Source of the DNA: Bdellovibrionales bacterium
GTDB lineage: Bacteria > Bdellovibrionota > Bdellovibrionia > Bdellovibrionales > UBA1609
DNA: 64,000 nucleotides
Reading direction: 5' to 3'
Assembly: GCA_965205945.1 (NCBI GenBank)
Contig: CBDBIB010000003.1
Coordinates: forward strand, 352,001 to 416,000
Position numbers and translations under genes: made by a program. The number at the start of each line of letters is the position of its first letter. Positions within the stretch are counted from its first letter, which is position 1. The notes under the pieces are model-generated. The model made no database searches. It was not told the origin of the DNA and was given only the letters and a program-made list of their open reading frames with translations. This document shows, in pieces, positions 48,243 through 56,004 of this stretch.

Positions 48243-50000
48243 ATGAGTAAGGTTATACAATGCTTATTTATAATAGGTTTAGTTGGTTGCAACCAGGAAA
48301 GTAACGTAGAGTTTTCTTCTATTAATAACATGTTAATTTTAAAAGGGAATATGACTCTTGACTTTGGTGAAGTTATTATTGGAGAGAGTAAAAGTCTTGA
48401 TTACGAAATAAGAAACCTTACAAATCTAAGTGTTGAACCTGGAAGCTTTAAACTTATGCCTGTTAAAATGCTTAACACTCAAAACTCCTCCCCTTTTAAA
48501 TTAGAATTAGGTACTTGCACAGAGATCTTAAAAAAACTTAATAAGTGTTCTGTAAAGATAACCTATACACCTGAAAAAAAGGAGATCATTAATACTCGTT
48601 TAAAAATATTTTATAAATATAGCTCTGTTTTAAATTCAAACATTCTTATTGAGAATGTGCATTCTAAAGGAATTGCCCCTTTTACAGCTAAATTTAGTAT
48701 TTATGGTAGTGATTTGAATTTAAATCTTAGGTTAAATTCTTCTTATACATATAACTTTATGGTTCATTGGGGGGATGGAACCTCGGGAGTTGTTACTTCA
48801 TCAAGTGATTTAGATAAAAATCATACTTATTCATCTTCAGGGACTTATATAGTTAAAATCACTGGGCGCTGCCCATATCTTAACTTTCGTGATAGCGAGC
48901 AAATAATTGAGGTTACAGAATTAGGAGACACAGGGTGGGAAAGTTTTAGTCATATGTTTAATAATGCAGATAACTTAACTCTTGTTAATGGTGGCTCAAC
49001 TAGACATGTTACTAATATGAGCTCTATGTTTTTAAATGCAGCTTTAGCTAACCCTGACACCTCTGACTGGGACACTTCTAAGGTTACTGATATGAGGTCT
49101 ATGTTTTATAGTGCAGCTTTAGCTAACCCTGACACCTCTAACTGGGACACTTCTAATGTTACTTATATGAACTGGATGTTTTCTAATACAGCTTTAGCTA
49201 ACCCTGACACCTCTAACTGGGACACTTCTAAGGTTACTGATATGAGATGGATGTTTTCTAATACAGCTTTAGCTAACCCTGACACCTCTAACTGGGACAC
49301 TTCTAAGGTTACTAGTATGAACTGGATGTTTTATAATGCAGCTTTAGCTAACCCTGACACCTCTAACTGGGACACTTCTAATGTTACTTATATGAGCCAT
49401 ATGTTTTTTAATGCAGATTTAGCTAACCCTGACACCTCTAACTGGGACACTTCTAAGGTTACTGATATGAACTCTATGTTTTCTAGTACAGCTTTAGCTA
49501 ACCCTGACACCTCTAACTGGGACACTTCTAAGGTTACTGATATGAACTCTATGTTTTCTAGTGCAGATTTAGCTAACCCTGACACCTCTGACTGGGACAC
49601 TTCTAAGGTTACTGATATGAGGTCTATGTTTAATAATGCAGCTTTAGCTAACCCTGACACCTCTGACTGGGACACTTCTAAGGTTACTGATATGAGGTCT
49701 ATGTTTAATAATGCAGCTTTAGCTAACCCTGACACCTCTAACTGGGACACTTCTAAGGTTACTGATATGAGGTCTATGTTTAATAATGCAGCTTTAGCTA
49801 ACCCTGACACCTCTAACTGGGATACTTCTAAGGTTACTGATATGAGCTGGATGTTTTCTAGTGCAGCTTCTTTTGATCAAGACATCAGTTCATGGAATGT
49901 TTCTAACGTTGTCGAGTGCAACAGTTTTTCATACCAAACTTTAACTTCTTGGACTCTTGCTGAAAAACCTAATTTTACACGTTGTAGCCCTGATTATTAA
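48243..50000 (+). CDS. BspA-family/DUF285 surface lipoprotein (Ig-like + PKD-like + 25-aa repeats)
   Basis: Lipobox LVGC, LDFGEV..G Ig-like domain, HWGDG...HTY...GTY, repeats WDTSKVTDM.SMF, cap FDQDISSWNVSNV. Confidence 0.93.
   Translation: MSKVIQCLFIIGLVGCNQESNVEFSSINNMLILKGNMTLDFGEVIIGESKSLDYEIRNLTNLSVEPGSFKLMPVKMLNTQNSSPFKLELGTCTEILKKLNKCSVKITYTPEKKEIINTRLKIFYKYSSVLNSNILIENVHSKGIAPFTAKFSIYGSDLNLNLRLNSSYTYNFMVHWGDGTSGVVTSSSDLDKNHTYSSSGTYIVKITGRCPYLNFRDSEQIIEVTELGDTGWESFSHMFNNADNLTLVNGGSTRHVTNMSSMFLNAALANPDTSDWDTSKVTDMRSMFYSAALANPDTSNWDTSNVTYMNWMFSNTALANPDTSNWDTSKVTDMRWMFSNTALANPDTSNWDTSKVTSMNWMFYNAALANPDTSNWDTSNVTYMSHMFFNADLANPDTSNWDTSKVTDMNSMFSSTALANPDTSNWDTSKVTDMNSMFSSADLANPDTSDWDTSKVTDMRSMFNNAALANPDTSDWDTSKVTDMRSMFNNAALANPDTSNWDTSKVTDMRSMFNNAALANPDTSNWDTSKVTDMSWMFSSAASFDQDISSWNVSNVVECNSFSYQTLTSWTLAEKPNFTRCSPDY
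49008..49868 (+). repeat. In-frame 75-bp tandem repeat, about 11.5 units
   Basis: TTAGCTAACCCTGACACCTCT recurs exactly every 75 bp from 49044 to 49794 (11 copies). Confidence 0.98.
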
Positions 50001-50097
50001 TTTATTTTTTTTTGATGAATAGAAGCTGCCAAATTCGAATTTTTTTAATTTCTTGTAAAAAATGACTATTCCAGGTTTTAATAGGATTTTATGGAGA

Positions 50098-50228
50098 CCT
50101 GTAAAACAAATTGTATGACTACTTAACAATAAACTAGGATTAAGCATCTTTAGTATGTTTATTTTAGAATGGGTAGGAAGTTTTTCTTAAACCTTTAATC
50201 TTAGGTTAAACACTCATGTGCAACAACG
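50098..50228. repeat. Dispersed element copy B (IS256-like end)
   Basis: Homologous to 336-480 with a small internal gap. Confidence 0.75.
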
Positions 50229-50280
50229 CTGATTTGAGTTATAAACAAGCCAAAATTTCTTAGAAAGATTTTTATTCTAA

Positions 50281-50307
50281 GCCTTGTAAATTAAATTGTG
50301 TAACTAC
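50281..50307. mobile_element. Isolated IS256-like terminal sequence
   Basis: GCCTTGTAAATTAAATTGTGTAACTAC, 25/27 identical to 336-362; abuts the clpB relic stop codon. Confidence 0.6.
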
Positions 50308-50310
50308 AAT

Positions 50311-51766
50311 TTACTGTAAAATCGATTCCACCTTAAAAGTTAGCTTTTCTTTTAAAGCACCAACTTTTACGACCGCACCTTCTTTCACCTCCTCATTAAG
50401 AACCATAAATGCCAATGGATTTACAACAAATTTTTCAATTGTTCTTTTTAAAGGTCTTGCTCCAAATTCTGGATTGTAACCTTTTTCAAAAATAAACTTT
50501 TTAGCCCCATCACTTAAACAAATTTTAATTCCTCTACTCATTATACGATCTTGAACCTCTAATACTAAAAGATCTACAATCTTTATTAAACATTCATCGT
50601 TTAAAGCTTTGTACTCTAAAACCTCATCAATTCTATTTAAAAACTCTGGCTTAAAATGTGTTTTTAAATTGTTGTTTTTTAAATTTGATGTCATTACCAC
50701 TAAGGTGTTCTTAAAATCCACAATCTTTCCTTGACCATCAGTAAGTCTCCCTTCATCAAAGGCTTGAAGAAGCACATTAAAAACATCTAGATGTGCTTTT
50801 TCAATTTCATCTAACAAAATCACTGAAAACGGAGCTCTTCTAATCTTTTCAGTTAACTGTCCTCTCTCTTTATAACCAACATACCCTGGAGGAGAACCTA
50901 TTAGTTTAGATATTGAGTGTTTTTCCATATATTCACTCATATCTAATCTAACAATTTTTTCTTCATCATTAAAAAGCTGTTCAGCTAAAACCTTTATAGT
51001 TTCTGTTTTTCCAACCCCCGTAGGACCTAAGGATAAGAACACTCCTAAAGGTTTATTAGGGTCTGAAAATCCCGCATTTGATCTTAATACAGCTTGAGAT
51101 ATACTTTTTAAGGACTTCTCCTGACCCACAACTCTTTTTTTTAAATTTTGCTCAAGCTTAGGTAAGGTTCCATATTTAAGTTCTGCAGCAATTTCTAAAT
51201 CTCCAAGTTTTTTCAACCTGTTGAAGTTTTAGCCTTGCATTTTCATACTCTACCTTTAAACCCTTGTCTTTATTAAGAATAGCCCTTTCTTTTTCCCAAA
51301 TCCTTACAAGTACACTTTTTCTAGAAAGTTTTTCATCTAAAAGTTTTTTTATAGAACTCACATCCATACCTTCTTCAAACTCTAAGGCCTTAACTTTCAC
51401 CTGCAACCTAATAATTTCCCTTTGAAGTTCATCGGTCTCGACAGGTACTGAATTAATTTCAATATTTAGCTGGCTTGCTGCCTCATCAATTAGATCAATA
51501 GCTTTGTCTGGTAAAAATCTATGATTAATATACCTAGAACTCAATTCCACAGTAGCACTTAAAGCCTTATCTTTAATCCTTACGCCATGATGAAGTTCAT
51601 ACTTTTCTTTTAACCCTCTTAAAATTTCTAGTGCCTCTTCTTTAGTTGGTTCATCCACAACAGCCCATACTCTTTTATCAATCATAAGCTGCCTAAGTTC
51701 ATCTGACCTATACACCTCAAATAAAGCTTCATCAGATGGGAAAAATACCAATCCAAAACTTATCAT
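50311..51766 (-). pseudogene. clpB: clpB relic: 5'-truncated, frameshifted and internally deleted
   Basis: EKYELHHGVRI, RFLPDKAIDLIDEAAS, AAELKYG, GPTGVGKTE, DEIEKAH. The N-domain and NBD1 Walker motifs are absent, there is a frameshift at T6 51208-51213, and the WTGIP segment is missing. Confidence 0.92.
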
Positions 51767-51852
51767 CCTTTACACCTCCATTTAGTAGTCAAGAAAGAAT
51801 ACTAGATAATTAATGATGCGGCATGACCGTCAGTTTCCCTTTGTAATAACAC

Positions 51853-51878
51853 TTATTCAGGATCTAAGCCCTGAATAA
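51853..51878. other. 9-bp stem hairpin
   Basis: TTATTCAGG-N8-CCTGAATAA perfect inverted repeat; function unknown. Confidence 0.5.
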
Positions 51879-51890
51879 ATAGAAGATCAC

Positions 51891-52045
51891 CTATTTGACA
51901 AACTGTTATTGAGGAAAAGATATATTGTTAAGACTGTTTTGTCAGCATTAACAGCATATTGTCTGCGCCCTTTTAAACCATCAATTTATATTCAAACCCA
52001 CAAAAATAGAATGTTACAGCAGATTTAAAAAGTTCGAATTCGGGT
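51891..52045 (+). mobile_element. IS982-family right end with internally deleted transposase C-terminus
   Basis: Reads LFDKLLLRKRYIVKTV-LSALTAYCLRPFKPSI, matching the 60827-61447 protein minus about 24 codons; ends in IR AAAAAGTTCGAATTCGGGT. Confidence 0.9.
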
Positions 52046-52983
52046 TAACTAAAAAAATAATTACCTCCAAAAGCTAAGCTTACGCTAATAACAAGACCAA
52101 TACAGGCTTTTCCTAAATCACTAAAAATATCTGTAGTCGTGAGTTTTACTTGTTTGTGCCTAAGCATAAGACTTAATATCAGTTCTCTTCCAGCAATGGT
52201 GCCTAAGAAAACCCATGTGGTACTCATAGGAAGATTATTGACGCTTTTAAAGTAGAAAAGAATTAGACCGTAAGAAAGGTCAATTAAAGTTGCAGACCTA
52301 ATGTCTATAGTATTGGTTTTAACAAGAACAATTTCTTGGATTTTTCCACCCCTTTCTTTAACCATAAACGCTAGTAAGGCTAGTAACCAAGCCAAGGATA
52401 GGCCAACAAGCCAAGGAGGAACGTCTCTAGGGACAAAAACGTAAATATTTGCAAGGTCTTGCATCAGCCATTGAGCCCATAAAAATCCAGTAGAAAGCCA
52501 CTGGGCTACTGTCCACAACGGATGAATCTTAGAGTCATCTTTATTATTCAAAATATGTTTTTCAAAGTTATATATTAAAAGCCAGATTATAAAAGTTGCA
52601 CCAAAAGCAACTCCATAGCCAACAAGGGATTTTATAATAATTTTTTGTAAAACAATTGAACCTGTAAAAATACTTAATGCCATAAAGGTTGTACTTACAG
52701 GAATTCCAAAACGAGTTAAAAAAAGTAGGGTGATTATGGGAAGAGTGTGCCACCACTGTACAGTTTGCATGGGGATTTTACTAAGACGCCCATAAGAAAT
52801 ATCGCCTCCGTTTATATACCAGCCATAAAGAAGAACGCAGGTAAGAATAGCGCCTAAATAACCCCAAATTATCCACCAAGACCTTTTTTTATTTGAAGAT
52901 AGAAATGTTCCCACTGTCTGAATAGAATCATTTCCAATTACTGCATAACAGGCTAAAGAAAAGCCAATAATCATCCATAACAT
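52045..52983 (-). CDS. Conserved polytopic membrane protein (possibly PiT-like permease)
   Basis: GNDSIQT, GIPVSTT, QDLAN, LPMSTTW: internally duplicated motifs reminiscent of the PiT family. Confidence 0.75.
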   Translation of the reverse strand: MLWMIIGFSLACYAVIGNDSIQTVGTFLSSNKKRSWWIIWGYLGAILTCVLLYGWYINGGDISYGRLSKIPMQTVQWWHTLPIITLLFLTRFGIPVSTTFMALSIFTGSIVLQKIIIKSLVGYGVAFGATFIIWLLIYNFEKHILNNKDDSKIHPLWTVAQWLSTGFLWAQWLMQDLANIYVFVPRDVPPWLVGLSLAWLLALLAFMVKERGGKIQEIVLVKTNTIDIRSATLIDLSYGLILFYFKSVNNLPMSTTWVFLGTIAGRELILSLMLRHKQVKLTTTDIFSDLGKACIGLVISVSLAFGGNYFFS

Positions 52984-53095
52984 AATTTAAACTCCAATCT
53001 AGGTTGAAAAATTAGTGTTTTGAATATTAAAATCTAGGGGTTTAAAGGTTTAGTCAATAGGTTATAAAAAATCTAAAGAAATAAAAACAATTCAC

Positions 53096-53130
53096 AAAAA
53101 AAAAGCAGAAGTTTAAACTTCTGCTTTTTT
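53096..53130 (-). terminator. Rho-independent (potentially bidirectional) terminator
   Basis: Perfect palindrome AAAAAAGCAGAAGTTTAAACTTCTGCTTTTTT just downstream of the 53156-53587 gene. Confidence 0.88.
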
Positions 53131-53155
53131 AAATACAACAGTTAAGGTAAAATGC

Positions 53156-53587
53156 TTACTCACAGCTAAAACCAGGGCTTTCTAGATTAGCTTTGATTTT
53201 ATTTTGTACCCTAGAGCAGTACTCAATTTCATAATTTGCAACGGCAACGGTCTTATCAACGCCAAATTTATTGTAAACCACGCCGCACCCTCTAGGGTCA
53301 CCATCTAAAATAGTAATCATTCTAACATCATTACCATTTGTGCAGGTTATTTTAGAACTTTCAGTTCCTGAATAAGCGCCAAAAGAGCTTGTGTTTGAAG
53401 TTTTTTTAACCGTAGTTGGTTTTGGATCTTGTGCCTTATTTTTAAGACCTTCAGCAATTTCTTCAAGGGCAATTTTTTCTTGATCAGCTAAGGTTTGAGT
53501 AGAGTCTTTAGATTGATTGATATTTTTTTCTCCAGATGAACATCCCCAAAGTCCCAAAATAACAAGTGATAAAAGTAAATTTTTCAT
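53156..53587 (-). CDS. Hypothetical lipoprotein with 4-Cys C-terminal domain
   Basis: AGGAGG RBS, lipobox LWGC. Confidence 0.85.
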   Translation of the reverse strand: MKNLLLSLVILGLWGCSSGEKNINQSKDSTQTLADQEKIALEEIAEGLKNKAQDPKPTTVKKTSNTSSFGAYSGTESSKITCTNGNDVRMITILDGDPRGCGVVYNKFGVDKTVAVANYEIEYCSRVQNKIKANLESPGFSCE

Positions 53588-53661
53588 TTAATCCTCCTTT
53601 AAAAAATTTTACTTATAAAGTTAACAACACCAAGTAAAATTAAGCAAAGAATTTTAAAAAG

Positions 53662-56004
53662 TTAGCCAGACCCGCCTAAATAACAAGCTATACCCTGTGC
53701 TGTAATTTTTTTAATTTCTTCCTCTAAAGGAGAGGCCGCCCCTTTTTTAAGCATTCGTATTTGATGAGCGTGAAGGTAGTTTACAAATTCGTCGTTAGAG
53801 TTAGATGATTTAGCTATTAAAGAAAGTTTTTCCTTAATAGATCTAAGGTCTTTTTGAACATCAAGAATTTTATTTTCAAAGTACTTATGAAAAATATTAG
53901 AGTCAGTGAGTGCAACACCAATAGAAATGGATTTTAGAAAGTTTGCGATAAATTTAGATTTTCGTTTTAATTCTAACAATTCAAGTTCTAAGCCTTGAAG
54001 GCCATACCAGACAGGAAGTATTCCTCGTGTTTGTGACCATGAAAAAACCCAAGGTATGGCTCGATAACTACTAACTCCAGAGGTGTTTGAGATTCTTTTT
54101 GCTGGGCGAGAGCCTAAGTTCATTTTATTTATTATAGATATTGGGGATTTTTGAGCAAAAGCAGTTGAAAAATTGGTATCTTCATAAAACTTTTTGTAAA
54201 ATTTTTGTTCAGATTTTAAGGCAAGGCTATTAATTTTTTTTTCAATGTTTTTTGAAAGAATTTGCTCAGTTTTAAAATAATTTATACAACATTCTTTTAA
54301 AGTTTTTTCCAATGTTTGTACAGCTCTTAAGAAAAGACCAAAGTCATCTTGGATGACTTCTCCTTGAAACGTTTGTCTAAAATGATTCCCCACAAGTTTA
54401 GCTGGCATTAAGCTAAAGGAGTCTTTAATACTTCCACCGCCTCGAGCAATAGAACCCCCTCTGCCATGGAAGTGAACAAGGCTAGGGTTTAATTTCATGG
54501 CTTTAATCTGTGCGTTGTAAACAGACCATGCCGATGCTAAACGTCCACCTTTTTTTGTAGAGTCTGAATACCCCCACATCACCTGCTTTAGTTTAATGCC
54601 TTCTTTTTGAATATTTTTAATAATATTTGTGGAGTTTCTAATATCATCAGGAGTTTCAAAAAGAGGAACTATTGGGAGTTTTTTAATTCCTGCAATTTTA
54701 AATAAAGTTTCAAGGTTTTTAATATCGTTTACTGATCGGGTCATAGAGATAATATAACAGTTAAATGGATTTGGTGAAAAATCACTAGAAAGCTTAAGCG
54801 TTTTAAAAAAATCTTGTCCAAGGGGAGAGATCTTTTTAAAATCTAGAGTCTTTACTTTTTGAATATTAAGTTTATTTTTACAACCGGTTAAAGAGCAAAG
54901 CTCTTGAATAATTTGAGTGTGAACCTGTGAATCTTGTCTTAAATCAAGTTTAAACGGCGATAAAGAAAAGGCTTTAATACGGTCGATTAAGCTTCGAAGT
55001 CTTCTGTCGGCAACTCTTTTTCCACCATCTTTACAGAGTAAAGAATAGGCTAATTCAAGTCTTTTAAGTACGTACTTTTCAAGTCCTAAGATATTGTTAG
55101 TTTTTTGATTTTTTAAGGTGTTTTGGATTTTTTCAACAAGGTCTATAAAAAGGCTTTTATAAGGAAAAGTGGTATTTTTATAAAGTTTTTTAAATTCAGG
55201 TTGAGAGCTTTTAATAAGCACTTCCTCTCTTAAACAATAAAGTTCTAGTAGAATAAGTCTAAGAATCTTTCTACGGCTTTTAGTAATAATATTATAAGTA
55301 GCCTTGGATGTGACAAAAGGGTTGCCGTCTTTATCCCCTCCAATCCAAGAGCTAAATTTAATATTTGGGTATTTTTTAGGAGCAGTGTTAAAACGCTTTT
55401 TGTATTCAAAGTAATAACGTCTAAAAAAATATGGATTAGCTTTCCATAGTGAAGCTTCAAAAACATAAAATAGTCTATTGGCTTCATCTTCAGGAGAAGG
55501 GTTTACTCGATAGAGCTTGTCGGTTAGCCATAGTGTTGTTAGGCTAGCTTTAAGAGCCTGTAAGTGTCGATATCTTCGTTCTGGAGTTTTTGCTGCATAA
55601 AACTTTTCTAAAAGCATTTCAATGCGATTTAAATTCTTTAAAATAGATAAGGGAAAAACTTCAGTAGGGTGCGTTGTAAAAACCACCTCTAAAGTAAACT
55701 TTTCTATAAATTTATCAAAATCTTTTTTAGAAGAAAAATTAGAAGATAAAAAAAGTTTTGTATAGGGGTTTATAGTCATAGTTTTTTTATTTTTTGGAAA
55801 GGTCTCTGTAAACCGTTTTGCGCAGTTGTAAAGTTCAAGACACATAGTGCTAAACTTTACAAATTTAAGGGTGCTTTTTGAAGGCACCGTTTCATCAAAA
55901 ATTAAGAGATCTAAAGGGTTTTTAAAATTTTTAAATGCTGGATCAGTTTCTTTAACGATCTTAAAAAATTCACTAATAAGAAATTGACCTATTTCTGTAG
56001 ACAT
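53662..56004 (-). CDS. ppc: Phosphoenolpyruvate carboxylase (divergent)
   Basis: THPTE, SWIGGDKDGNP, VPLFET, GYSDS, FHGRGGSIARGG, GSRPAKR, RAIPWVFSWSQ. Confidence 0.93.
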   Translation of the reverse strand: MSTEIGQFLISEFFKIVKETDPAFKNFKNPLDLLIFDETVPSKSTLKFVKFSTMCLELYNCAKRFTETFPKNKKTMTINPYTKLFLSSNFSSKKDFDKFIEKFTLEVVFTTHPTEVFPLSILKNLNRIEMLLEKFYAAKTPERRYRHLQALKASLTTLWLTDKLYRVNPSPEDEANRLFYVFEASLWKANPYFFRRYYFEYKKRFNTAPKKYPNIKFSSWIGGDKDGNPFVTSKATYNIITKSRRKILRLILLELYCLREEVLIKSSQPEFKKLYKNTTFPYKSLFIDLVEKIQNTLKNQKTNNILGLEKYVLKRLELAYSLLCKDGGKRVADRRLRSLIDRIKAFSLSPFKLDLRQDSQVHTQIIQELCSLTGCKNKLNIQKVKTLDFKKISPLGQDFFKTLKLSSDFSPNPFNCYIISMTRSVNDIKNLETLFKIAGIKKLPIVPLFETPDDIRNSTNIIKNIQKEGIKLKQVMWGYSDSTKKGGRLASAWSVYNAQIKAMKLNPSLVHFHGRGGSIARGGGSIKDSFSLMPAKLVGNHFRQTFQGEVIQDDFGLFLRAVQTLEKTLKECCINYFKTEQILSKNIEKKINSLALKSEQKFYKKFYEDTNFSTAFAQKSPISIINKMNLGSRPAKRISNTSGVSSYRAIPWVFSWSQTRGILPVWYGLQGLELELLELKRKSKFIANFLKSISIGVALTDSNIFHKYFENKILDVQKDLRSIKEKLSLIAKSSNSNDEFVNYLHAHQIRMLKKGAASPLEEEIKKITAQGIACYLGGSG

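Noticed and set aside
49388..49810. 140-aa antisense ORF
   Set aside because: Stop-free shadow of the tandem repeat; no independent evidence.
49008..49868. CRISPR array (constant and variable segments alternate)
   Set aside because: Exact 75-bp in-frame period inside a protein gene; the variable parts are homologous to each other; no cas genes in the window.
48243..50000. Diversity-generating retroelement target
   Set aside because: No reverse transcriptase or separate template repeat in the window, and the variation is not adenine-specific (e.g. TCT/TGG/CAT).
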